From positions 49,158 to 113,157 of IMG/VR virus record IMGVR_UViG_3300048910_000190: a DNA stretch of 64,000 nt. The stretch is one strand, 5' to 3'. Under the pieces are notes generated by a model, which had not been told where the DNA came from, did no database searches, and saw only the letters and a list, made by a program, of their open reading frames with translations. Made by a program: the position numbers and the translations under genes. Shown here one piece after another: positions 24,811 through 32,998 of the stretch (within the stretch, counting starts at the first letter, position 1; each line of letters opens with the position of its first letter). This DNA is from a virus.

Positions 24811-25038
24811 TCATTGCCGGTCGGCCTCGGGCGTAGGCGGCGCAGTTGATGCAGTAGCCCCGGGCGAGGCCTTTGGCGTCTGGTTGCACGGGCAGTCCTT
24901 GTCGGTGCATCGGCACATGTGCGGCGCTGGGCAGCCCCAGTGTGCGCCGAGCTGGCACTCGAACGAGATGAAGAAGGTGCCGCCCTTGGACAGGTCGATG
25001 CGGACGACGAGGTCGCGCTCCTCCGGCGGCCAGCTCAC
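24811..25038 (-). CDS. Cys/His-rich small protein
   Basis: SFECQLGAHWGC...HMCRCTDKDCPC; GTG overlaps the upstream stop. Confidence 0.6.
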   Translation of the reverse strand: MSWPPEERDLVVRIDLSKGGTFFISFECQLGAHWGCPAPHMCRCTDKDCPCNQTPKASPGATASTAPPTPEADRQ

Positions 25039-25208
25039 TGCGGTAGCACTAGGTGTTGAGTGCAGACGACGCTGTCGCGGCGCAGGATGCTGTCGCCGAC
25101 GGGCACGCTGGTGACGCCGTCGGGGTGGAGGGGGCCGTCTGTGGTGCCGCAGGTGCGGCAGGCGGCTGGCTCCAGAGGGGCGGCTTCGGGGCGCGCGGGT
25201 TGGGTCAC
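25035..25208 (-). CDS. Small Zn-finger-like protein
   Basis: CRTCG...VCTQH. Confidence 0.55.
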   Translation of the reverse strand: MTQPARPEAAPLEPAACRTCGTTDGPLHPDGVTSVPVGDSILRRDSVVCTQHLVLPQ

Positions 25209-25231
25209 GCTCCGATGATCGGCAAGAGGGC

Positions 25232-25304
25232 GGGACGGCCACACCGCGTTTCGGGGACGTTTGGGACGGTTCACTGGTAGACCTTGACTCGTCCCCCGCG
25301 TCCT
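25232..25304. promoter_or_regulatory. GGGACG operator-like repeats between divergent genes
   Basis: GGGACG at 25232, 25254, 25263; inverted CGTCCC at 25290 and near-match CGTCCT at 25299. Confidence 0.6.
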
Positions 25305-25317
25305 TGGAAGGCGAATC

Positions 25318-26082
25318 ATGAATCAGGCCCTGCGGCAGGCCATGGTGGCTGCGACGATGACCGAGGCTCAGCTCGCCGCGGCCTGTGACGTGGACCCGAA
25401 GACTGTCGGCCGCTGGCTGTCCGACCCGTCGAGGATCCCGCACGGCAAGCACCGCTGGGCCGCCTGTCAAGCTCTCGGAGTGGAGGAGGCCGTGGTGTGG
25501 CCTGGTGCTGTGCGGGCGACCGTGAAGGTCGGCCCGGACCGTGAGGTCGTTGCCGTGTACCCGTACCGGTCGGCGGCGCCGACGTCGTTGTGGCGGCAGC
25601 TGATCAGTCGAGCGGAGTCGCAGCTGACGTTCGCTGGCTACACCAACTACTTCCTGTGGCTGGAGCAGGCGAACCTGGGCGGCCTGCTGCGCCGGAAGGC
25701 GACGCTGGGCTGCCGGGTGCGGTTCCTGGTCGGCGACCCGGGCAGCCCGATCACGCGGCAGCGGGAGATCGAGGAGGACGTCCCGCTCACTCTGTCGACG
25801 CGGATCGCGGTGACGATAGGGGAACTGCAGAAGCTGCAGGACGTGGACGCCGTGGAGGGCCGCTTCTCGACGGGTCATCACGCCCTGAGCGTGTTCCGTT
25901 TCGACGACGAGATGCTGGTAACGCCACTCCTGCCGGGCCGGGTCGGGCATGACGCGCCGATGCTGCACCTGCGCCGGCTGCAGGATGACGGCCTGTTCGA
26001 CCGGTACGCGGAGTGCGTCGAGGACCTGTGGCAGCATGGGCGGCCCGTCTGGGATCTGGAGGTTGAGCATGCCACGGCGTGA
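25318..26082 (+). CDS. XRE HTH plus DUF5919-like (PLD-like fold) regulator
   Basis: MNQALRQAM...QLAAACDVDPKTVGRWL; VYPYRS, FAGYTNYFLW, SVFRFDDEMLVTP. Confidence 0.8.
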   Translation: MNQALRQAMVAATMTEAQLAAACDVDPKTVGRWLSDPSRIPHGKHRWAACQALGVEEAVVWPGAVRATVKVGPDREVVAVYPYRSAAPTSLWRQLISRAESQLTFAGYTNYFLWLEQANLGGLLRRKATLGCRVRFLVGDPGSPITRQREIEEDVPLTLSTRIAVTIGELQKLQDVDAVEGRFSTGHHALSVFRFDDEMLVTPLLPGRVGHDAPMLHLRRLQDDGLFDRYAECVEDLWQHGRPVWDLEVEHATA

Positions 26083-26536
26083 CTACGAGGATGATCCGAA
26101 CGCCCCGAAGGCCAACTCGCTGGTGCCAGCCGCGAGCGTGGTGGTCGTGGACGAGGCAGGGCGGGTGCTGCTGCAGCGCCGGACCGACAACGGGATGTGG
26201 GCTCTCCCAGGCGGGAAGCACGAGATCGGCGAGTCGCTGGCCGACTGCGGTATCCGGGAGACCCGGGAGGAGAGCGGCATCGACGTGGAGATCACCGGCA
26301 TCGTCGGGACCTACACCAACCCTGCCCACGTTTTCGCGTACGACGACGGCGAGGTCCGTCAGGAGTACTCGATCTGCCTGCTTGCGCGGCCGGTCGGCGG
26401 CGAGCTGCGGGTGTCGGACGAGTCGTTCGAGGTGGCGTGGTTCGATCCCGCCGAGGTTGACGACCTGCCGATGGTGGCGTCGATCCGTAAGCGCGTGGAC
26501 GACTGGCGCTCCGGCGAGTTCCCGGTGGTGCGGTGA
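26069..26536 (+). CDS. NUDIX hydrolase
   Basis: Nudix box GGKHEIGESLADCGIRETREESGI. Confidence 0.95.
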   Translation: MPRRDYEDDPNAPKANSLVPAASVVVVDEAGRVLLQRRTDNGMWALPGGKHEIGESLADCGIRETREESGIDVEITGIVGTYTNPAHVFAYDDGEVRQEYSICLLARPVGGELRVSDESFEVAWFDPAEVDDLPMVASIRKRVDDWRSGEFPVVR

Positions 26537-26554
26537 GCCTCGGACACACAAAAG

Positions 26555-26592
26555 CAGCCCCCGCCTCGGCCATACGGCCAGGGCGGGGGCTG
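26555..26592. terminator. Bidirectional terminator between convergent genes
   Basis: CAGCCCCCGCC / GGCGGGGGCTG stem; T-run on the minus strand. Confidence 0.75.
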
Positions 26593-26593
26593 T

Positions 26594-26905
26594 TCACTGC
26601 TCATGATCGCGTTGGGCTTTGATGAGGAGCCGGGTTCGCTGCGCGAGCTGCGCGGCGAGGGACACGAGGAGCATGGTGCGGCCGACGCGGAGGGCTCCGA
26701 TGGCGGGTCCGTGCGGCCACAGGGTGGCGAGGACGGTGTACAGGCCGAGGAGCCCCATGGAGACGGTGACGGCCATGATGTGCCGGCCGATGGGAGTGGA
26801 TCGCCACGGCGCCAGCCGATGGTAAGTGGTGGCGAAGACCAGGCTGGCGATGGAGACGAGGCCGCTGGCGGAGACGTTGGCTAGCTGGTCCCAGGTGAGG
26901 TTCAC
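26594..26905 (-). CDS. Holin-like three-TM membrane protein
   Basis: APWRSTPIGRHIM plus three hydrophobic helices; last gene of the lysis cassette. Confidence 0.7.
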   Translation of the reverse strand: MNLTWDQLANVSASGLVSIASLVFATTYHRLAPWRSTPIGRHIMAVTVSMGLLGLYTVLATLWPHGPAIGALRVGRTMLLVSLAAQLAQRTRLLIKAQRDHEQ

Positions 26906-27156
26906 GCGTGGCCTCCCATGGAGAGGCGGATGGACTCGGCGAAGTGGTTTCGCTGCCGGGCCTCCCGCAGTTTCGCAGCTTCCCCGGTGACCTCTCGTCC
27001 CTGCGCCTCCACCAGTTGGCGGTCGCACGCGGCCTGATGTAGAGCCCTCGCGGCTTCCCGTTGCCCTGGGGTGGGGCGTGGTGTCTCGCGCTCAAGGGAG
27101 ACTGCGGGCCGGCGCAAGAGAGCCCTACGGAGCCACCTTCTTGCCCTTGGGGCCAC
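26902..27156 (-). CDS. Basic lysis-cassette accessory protein
   Basis: RBS GGAGGAGG then GTG; ends RQRNHFAESIRLSM. Confidence 0.65.
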   Translation of the reverse strand: MAPRARRWLRRALLRRPAVSLERETPRPTPGQREAARALHQAACDRQLVEAQGREVTGEAAKLREARQRNHFAESIRLSMGGHA

Positions 27157-27457
27157 TTGCCACCTCCTCCAGGGCGCGGGGCAACGAGGCCAACACATGG
27201 TTGGCGGTACGCGACAGTTCGAGTAGCTCGCCGACCTGGCCTTGCGTCAGGTACAGGGATTCTGTGCGCTCTTGGCACGCGGTGCGCCAGGTGTCGCGTT
27301 CGGCGGAGATTTCGGCGATGCGGGCATCGCGGTCGGCTCGGATTTCGCGGACCACGGAGGCGGGGACGAGGTGGCCGCGGAGGATGAGGACGACGATGGT
27401 CATGACGACGGCGATGGCGCCGCCTTGGGCGTAGCCGGTGCCCAAGATGTCAGCCAC
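27125..27457 (-). CDS. One-TM plus coiled-coil lysis-cassette protein
   Basis: N-terminal TM then ILRGHLVP and a coiled coil. Confidence 0.75.
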   Translation of the reverse strand: MADILGTGYAQGGAIAVVMTIVVLILRGHLVPASVVREIRADRDARIAEISAERDTWRTACQERTESLYLTQGQVGELLELSRTANHVLASLPRALEEVASGPKGKKVAP

Positions 27458-27501
27458 GGCTACTTCTCCTCCCGCGGGTTAAGGGGTGCAGGTGCAGGGG
27501 G

Positions 27502-27849
27502 TCACTCGCCCTTGGGGATGGCGGCGGTCGGGGCGGTGACCTGGGTGCGGACGAACATCGCGACGATCGCGGCGGCGAGGGACATGACGACGGCCTGCTG
27601 GTCGGCGGACCAGTGGAGGCCGAAGCCGACGGCCAGGGCGATGACGGCCTGGACGGCGCCGAGGAGGGCGGCGCTGATCCCGTCGTGGGCGATGACCGCG
27701 ACGACGAGGCCGACGATGGCCGCGGCCGCGGCGTTGATGACGGCCTGCTGGTCGGTGGTCACGTTGAGGCCGAACGCGGCGAGCGTCTTGACGAGGATCG
27801 CCACAAGGCCGAGCCACAGTGCGGGCTCTCTGGTGAAGAACTTGGGCAT
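27502..27849 (-). CDS. Holin
   Basis: FTREPALWLGLV; internally duplicated DQQAV motifs; four hydrophobic segments. Confidence 0.8.
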   Translation of the reverse strand: MPKFFTREPALWLGLVAILVKTLAAFGLNVTTDQQAVINAAAAAIVGLVVAVIAHDGISAALLGAVQAVIALAVGFGLHWSADQQAVVMSLAAAIVAMFVRTQVTAPTAAIPKGE

Positions 27850-27873
27850 GGGGTTTCTCTTCTCTGGGAGGGG

Positions 27874-28089
27874 TTAGGCCTGGAGGGCCTTGTCGTACGC
27901 CATGAAGCTGGCGTAGTCGCTGTCGGCGGAGCCGTTGGCGGTGTTCATGAGGATCACGTCGTCCTTCGGGGCGCCCCAGGCATTCCAGAGGCACCAGGGG
28001 ACGTGGATACGCAGGCCGTTCGGGTAGACGGCGAAGACCTCGTTGTGGGACGGGTGGCGGAAGAGGAGGACACCCTCGGGTGCGGCCAT
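27874..28089 (-). CDS. 71-aa protein directly after the amidase (possible separate cell-wall-binding subunit)
   Basis: ATG 2 nt after the amidase stop; aromatic beta-rich sequence. Confidence 0.65.
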   Translation of the reverse strand: MAAPEGVLLFRHPSHNEVFAVYPNGLRIHVPWCLWNAWGAPKDDVILMNTANGSADSDYASFMAYDKALQA

Positions 28090-28091
28090 GG

Positions 28092-28694
28092 TCAGACTCC
28101 CAGGTAGCGGTAGATGGTGGGTCGGTCCGGTGCGGGCGGCGGCGGCGGTACCGGCGCCGGGGTGGGCTGAGGCGGCTGCGGTGGTGCGGGGTTGAGGATC
28201 TGCCGGGCGCGGGCGAGGATCGCGGGGCGCTGGGCCTTGATGGGTTCGCCGGGGCAGTCGTAGTGGCCGCCCCAGGCGGCGCCGCCCATGCCGTGCCAAC
28301 CGAGGCCCGAGCCGCCCGGGTCGTCAGTGGACTGCAGCGGCACGCCGTAGGTCTGGTGCAGCCAGGCGAGCAGTTGGGCAGCGTTCTCCAGCTGGCTGGC
28401 CGTCAGCGAGTCGCCGCCGAAGCCTTCGTTCTCGATCGACACCCAGGCGGAGTTGCCAGCGGCCTCCGCCCACGCGCGGTCGTCGGTGTCGACGAGCTGG
28501 CGGAGCTGCCCGGACTTGGGGTTGAGGAAGTGCGCGGAAGCCTGGCTGTCCGGGTTCTTGAACCAGCTCTCGGAGCCGTCCTCATAACCTTCCTGGATGT
28601 GCAGGACGAGGCCGCGGTGGTCGGACATGCCGCCGATGCGGCGGTTGGGGGTGGGGCCGATCCAGTCGGCCCCGGGCATGCGTGCCACGGGCAT
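28092..28694 (-). CDS. Endolysin, N-acetylmuramoyl-L-alanine amidase (Amidase_2)
   Basis: LVLHIQEG, ASAHF, DTDDRAWA, SIENEG, HYDCPG; Pro-rich tail. Confidence 0.92.
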   Translation of the reverse strand: MPVARMPGADWIGPTPNRRIGGMSDHRGLVLHIQEGYEDGSESWFKNPDSQASAHFLNPKSGQLRQLVDTDDRAWAEAAGNSAWVSIENEGFGGDSLTASQLENAAQLLAWLHQTYGVPLQSTDDPGGSGLGWHGMGGAAWGGHYDCPGEPIKAQRPAILARARQILNPAPPQPPQPTPAPVPPPPPAPDRPTIYRYLGV

Positions 28695-28698
28695 CTCC

Positions 28699-29511
28699 TC
28701 AGAGGTTGTTCGCAGCGAGCCAGGTGCGCATGGCAGCCGCGAGCGCCTGGTTGCCGCTGGCCGGGGCTGGCGGAGTGGGCACTGGCGTCGGAGTGGTGGT
28801 CAAGGTGGGGACGGTCACGTCGCCCCGCTGGGAGAGGAGCCAGCTGAGGTCGGCGGCCGGGAGGTAGCCCCAGCCGGCCTGCCCCCAGCTCTCGCTCCAG
28901 GAGTTCGGGATCCAGTACTCGCCGGTGGTGGCGTCGTAGCGGGACAGTTCGAGCTCGTGGCCGCCTGCCAGGCCGGACGTCGTGGTGAGGATGATGCGGC
29001 CGTCGGGGGCGGTGTCGAACATCGACTGGAACCAGGGGATGCCGATGAGGACCGGGCCAGCCTGGAGTGCGGAGTTGAGGGCTGCGATGGAGAACGCGTG
29101 CGTGTACCCGCCCGCCAAGCCGAGCGCCTTCAAGGCCTTGGCGACACCGATGCCCGAACTGCCGGTGTCGGCGGGCGGGTACTCGCCGGTGATGCCGTCC
29201 AGCACCGTGGCGAGGCTGTACAGGGCAACGGCGAAGGTCTCGTCGAGCTGATGAACTCCGGCCGCGAACAGGCCATGTGAGGCCGCGGCCCCTGCCGGGG
29301 TGATGGTGACGCTGGTGGTAGCGGTCCGCCCCGCGGAGTCGGTACCGAGCAGGCCTGTGGCGGCGTTACCTGTACAGCTGCCGAGTTGGCCCTGGTCGAG
29401 GATCGGGATCCGGCGCGTCCAGTCGACGGTCTTGATGGCCGACTTGGGGAGGACGCCGTAGGCGTAGGCGAGCGAGCGAGGGTCGTGGTCGACGTGCCGG
29501 CCGAGACGCAT
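28699..29511 (-). CDS. Papain-like (C1) cysteine peptidase
   Basis: [11 protein letters not shown] (catalytic Cys), GGHE (His), NSWSESWG (Asn). Confidence 0.9.
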   Translation of the reverse strand: MRLGRHVDHDPRSLAYAYGVLPKSAIKTVDWTRRIPILDQGQLGSCTGNAATGLLGTDSAGRTATTSVTITPAGAAASHGLFAAGVHQLDETFAVALYSLATVLDGITGEYPPADTGSSGIGVAKALKALGLAGGYTHAFSIAALNSALQAGPVLIGIPWFQSMFDTAPDGRIILTTTSGLAGGHELELSRYDATTGEYWIPNSWSESWGQAGWGYLPAADLSWLLSQRGDVTVPTLTTTPTPVPTPPAPASGNQALAAAMRTWLAANNL

Positions 29512-29624
29512 CACGCGGACGCACCCCCAGTCGGGCGAACCCGCACCGAACAGGTGGGTAGCGGTCCCGCGCACACGGGGGCGCCCGGCGGCCGGTTCGC
29601 GCCCCGCGCCTTGCTGAGAGCCAT
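29511..29624 (-). CDS. 37-aa leader ORF coupled to the peptidase
   Basis: RBS GAAGGGA then ATG; TGATG overlap with the peptidase start; no recognisable features. Confidence 0.35.
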   Translation of the reverse strand: MALSKARGANRPPGAPVCAGPLPTCSVRVRPTGGASA

Positions 29625-29866
29625 GAGGGTTCCCTTCGGAGGGTCAGGTCAGTGCAGGCCCGGTGCAGGTCAGCGCCGTAGTCCGCGACCCTCCATCCCG
29701 GCCTGGCGCCGACACGCGCACCGGACCCGCACCCCCACAATCACCGCCCGCCCCACTCGCCCCGCAACGCCCTGACCTGCGTTTCCACCTGCCCCGGGCG
29801 GTCCCTCTAGCGTCTCCACCTGCGAACCGGCGACTCCGAGGGGCCGGCCGCCACGCGGGGCCCGGT

Positions 29867-29903
29867 CTGTAGCGGGCGCGGGCCCCGCCTTCGCCCGCTA
29901 CAG
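29867..29903. other. 12-bp perfect inverted repeat upstream of the glycosyltransferase operon
   Basis: CTGTAGCGGGCG-N13-CGCCCGCTACAG. Confidence 0.6.
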
Positions 29904-29923
29904 CCCGCTGATCGGAGCGTCAC

Positions 29924-30919
29924 GTGGCCATTCAGGCCCCCTCCTTGGACGCGTTCGGCCTGATGGCGGACCGCACCGGCTGCGGAACCTTGCGCATCGA
30001 ACTGCCGCTGACGGCCCTGCGCGCGCACAACATGGAGACGGCGTTCTCCGAGCGCATGTCAGAGCACCTGCAGACGCGGACGGTCATCGGTCAGCGCGTG
30101 TGCCTGCCCGGCATCACCGTCGCGTGGCAGAAGATGGCCGCCGCGCCGGATCACCCGAGGATGATCCTGGAGCTGGACGACGACCTGTGGCACGTCGACG
30201 GGACCAGCCCTATCGCGCACGCCTTCTTCAGCAAGCCGGGGGTGCTGGAGAACCTGGAGGCGAACCTGCGGGCGTCGGATGCGGTCACCGTCACCACCGA
30301 GAGCCTCGCGGACGTGGTGCGGCAGTTCAACGCGAACGTGCACGTCATCCCCAACTACCTGCCCGCGTGGCTGCTGGAGCACGAGCGGCCCCGGCGAGAC
30401 GGTGTGGTGACGATCGGCTGGGGCGGGTCTTCCACCCACCTCATGGACGTGGAGGAGATCGGCGGCCAGCTGCGGCAGGTCATGACCCGCAACCCGCACA
30501 CCGAGTTGCACCTGATGGGCTCCAACTATGCGAAGGAGCTGGGCGTCCGCGAGCGCGTGCGGCACAGCGAGTGGACCAACGACGTCCCGGCGTACTGGCG
30601 GGCCATCGACTACGACGTGATGCTCGCCCCGCTGCGCGCCAACGTCTTCAACGCCTCCAAGAGCCCTCTGCGCCCTCTGGAAGCGGCGATGCTCGGCATC
30701 CCCGTCATCGCCTCCGACTACGGGCCGTACGCCCAGTTCGTGCGGCACGGCGAGACGGGGTTCCTCGTGAAGCGCGACCACGAGTGGGGCAAGTACTTGC
30801 GCGAACTCGTCAACGACGAGGCGATGCGCAAGGAGATGGGCGCCGCCGGACGACGGCAGGCCGCCGACTGGACGATCGAGGGGAACGTTGAGCAGTGGCA
30901 GAAGGTGATCGAGGGATGA
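29924..30919 (+). CDS. Glycosyltransferase (GT-B, GT4-like)
   Basis: TGCGTLRIELPL, ELDDDLW, IGWGGS, MLAPL..NVFNASKS..LEAAMLGIPVIASDYGPY..VRHGETGFLV. Confidence 0.9.
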   Translation: MAIQAPSLDAFGLMADRTGCGTLRIELPLTALRAHNMETAFSERMSEHLQTRTVIGQRVCLPGITVAWQKMAAAPDHPRMILELDDDLWHVDGTSPIAHAFFSKPGVLENLEANLRASDAVTVTTESLADVVRQFNANVHVIPNYLPAWLLEHERPRRDGVVTIGWGGSSTHLMDVEEIGGQLRQVMTRNPHTELHLMGSNYAKELGVRERVRHSEWTNDVPAYWRAIDYDVMLAPLRANVFNASKSPLRPLEAAMLGIPVIASDYGPYAQFVRHGETGFLVKRDHEWGKYLRELVNDEAMRKEMGAAGRRQAADWTIEGNVEQWQKVIEG

Positions 30920-31635
30920 GCGACCTCATCGTCCTCGTGCCGACCCGGGGCCGGCCGGACAACCTGTGGCAACTGTGGCTCGCCTTCACCGAGACGTGCG
31001 CCGCCAGCACGCTGCTCGTTGCGTGTGTGGACGACGACGACCCGGAACTGGACGCCTACCGGAAGGTGCACGCGGCGGCGTGCGAGCAGGCACCAGCGGG
31101 CGACGGCGACGCGCGGTTCCTACTGCTCATCGGCCCCCGGCTGCGCCTGGGCGGGACGTTGAACCGGTATGCACCGTACTGGGCGACGCTGGCTCCGAAC
31201 GTCGGCTTCATGGGTGACGATCACCGGCCGCGCACCGTCGGCTGGGACCGGCAGTACATCGACGCTCTGGCTCAGTTGGGCACCGGCATCGTGTACGGCA
31301 ACGACCTGATCCAGGGCGAGGCACTACCCACGCAGGCCGCCATGACCTCGGACATCATCCTCGCCACCGGCCACATGCTGCCGCCCGGCCTGGTTCACCT
31401 CTGGGTCGACAACGCGTGGCTGGAGCTGGGCCGGGCGCTTGGCGCCATCGCCTACCTGCCCGATGTGATCGTCGAGCACTGCCACCCGATCGCGTCGAAG
31501 GCGGCGTGGGACGCCGGCTATGCGGAGTGCAACACCGACGAGCTGATGGACGCCGACCGGGCCGTGTTCGAGGCGTGGCGGGCCAACGACCTGGACCGCT
31601 GGGTCCAGCAGATCAAGGAGTATCAGCGTGGCTGA
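30916..31635 (+). CDS. Glycosyltransferase (GT-A, GT2-like)
   Basis: IVLVPTRGRP, CVDDDD, FMGDD (DxD-like), LWVDN, VEHCH. Confidence 0.85.
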   Translation: MSDLIVLVPTRGRPDNLWQLWLAFTETCAASTLLVACVDDDDPELDAYRKVHAAACEQAPAGDGDARFLLLIGPRLRLGGTLNRYAPYWATLAPNVGFMGDDHRPRTVGWDRQYIDALAQLGTGIVYGNDLIQGEALPTQAAMTSDIILATGHMLPPGLVHLWVDNAWLELGRALGAIAYLPDVIVEHCHPIASKAAWDAGYAECNTDELMDADRAVFEAWRANDLDRWVQQIKEYQRG

Positions 31636-32023
31636 CCCCTCCAAGCAGCGCCCTGGTGACCAGCCGCTGCCCGAGCCCGGCCGCGAGTGTGTGCAGGACG
31701 CACTCATCGCGCAGATCGAGGAGCGCAAGCAACTCGGCATCGAGCGGTACGGCCGCCCGCTGGAGACCCACAACGGCCGCGATGCCGTTCAGGATGCCGT
31801 TGAGGAGGCGATCGACCTTGCGGTGTACCTGAAGCAGGTCGAGTTGGAGATGCGCGACGTCCGCGCCGAGCGGGACCAACTCGCCACGACTCTCGATGAA
31901 GTCCTGCGCCAGTTCGTGCACCGCACGCACCCTGGCCAGCCGTGTCTCCAGAGCAACCACGTCTCGGCGGATCAGGTCGATGACTGGCGGAGTGTGCTCG
32001 CAACGAAGGGTGCGCCGCGATGA
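31628..32023 (+). CDS. All-alpha protein, possibly MazG-like NTP pyrophosphatase
   Basis: GIERYG...DAVEEAIDLAVYL acidic EExxD helix. Confidence 0.5.
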   Translation: MADPSKQRPGDQPLPEPGRECVQDALIAQIEERKQLGIERYGRPLETHNGRDAVQDAVEEAIDLAVYLKQVELEMRDVRAERDQLATTLDEVLRQFVHRTHPGQPCLQSNHVSADQVDDWRSVLATKGAPR

Positions 32024-32622
32024 CCGAGTACCGCCTGTTCGCCGGCGACGTGCCGCACGTCTCCACCGCCGAGTTCCACGAGCACCGCGAGCGGGCCCCA
32101 CACCTGGAGCAGCCCGTACACCGGCCCCGCCTGGACACGGCCGCAGAGCTGGTCCGTGACGCCCTCGGCCGCCTCGGCCCTGCCTCCCGGAGCGTCTCCG
32201 ACCTCGGGTGCGGAGACGGTGGCCTCCTGTCCCTGCTTCAGGCCGATGAAGGTGTGTCCTGCTGGGGCTACGACTTCCAGCCCTCGAACCAGGCCGGCTG
32301 GCGGGAACGCGGAGTGCGGGCCTACCCGTACGACGCGTTCGGCGCCGGCCGCGACCGGGTGCAGTTCGGGAACGTCGCCGTGATGACCGAGGTGCTGGAG
32401 CATCTCGCGACGCCTCACGAGGTCGTGCGGTGGGTCGCACTGCGCTCCCGGTTCGTCGTGGCGTCGTCGCCGTGGACGGAGACGCCCGAGTCCCACGACG
32501 AATGCCACTGCTGGTGTTGGGATCAGGACGGCTACCGGGCGCTAATCGAGCAGGGCGGCTTCACCGTGCTGCGCCACGAGACCGTCGGACAGTTCCAGTT
32601 GATCCTCGGGGAGCAGTCATGA
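32020..32622 (+). CDS. Class I SAM-dependent methyltransferase
   Basis: SDLGCGDGGLL, WGYD, TEVLEHL. Confidence 0.9.
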   Translation: MTEYRLFAGDVPHVSTAEFHEHRERAPHLEQPVHRPRLDTAAELVRDALGRLGPASRSVSDLGCGDGGLLSLLQADEGVSCWGYDFQPSNQAGWRERGVRAYPYDAFGAGRDRVQFGNVAVMTEVLEHLATPHEVVRWVALRSRFVVASSPWTETPESHDECHCWCWDQDGYRALIEQGGFTVLRHETVGQFQLILGEQS

Positions 32623-32996
32623 GCAGACTCTCCGGCCATGCGTGGACCACCCTCTACCGCGCGCAGAACCTGTGGCACGACATGCTCGCTCGACTGTTGG
32701 GCTACTGCAACGACTGCCCCTGGCGGCCCGACCCAGGGGAGGGCGCCGGATACTCCCACTGGCGATGCGGCTGGAAGCGGGGTCACGAAGGTTTGCACCG
32801 CTACCGCAACTACGCCTGGTCAGACGACGGCAACTGCGACTACGTGCCCGTGCCTCATGGCCGGACATGGCCCACCCAGCCGAATGACCGCCGGTCTGTG
32901 CTGACCCGCCGCCAGCAGCGTCGGCGGAGGGCATGGGAAGAGCAGCAGCACGCAGAGAGGCTCCTGGCTCTCGCCCCCCACTCTGAGGCGGAGTAG
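32619..32996 (+). CDS. Cys/His-containing hypothetical protein
   Basis: CNDC and RCGWKRGHEGLH motifs; coupled to neighbours. Confidence 0.65.
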   Translation: MSRLSGHAWTTLYRAQNLWHDMLARLLGYCNDCPWRPDPGEGAGYSHWRCGWKRGHEGLHRYRNYAWSDDGNCDYVPVPHGRTWPTQPNDRRSVLTRRQQRRRRAWEEQQHAERLLALAPHSEAE

Positions 32997-32998
32997 CG

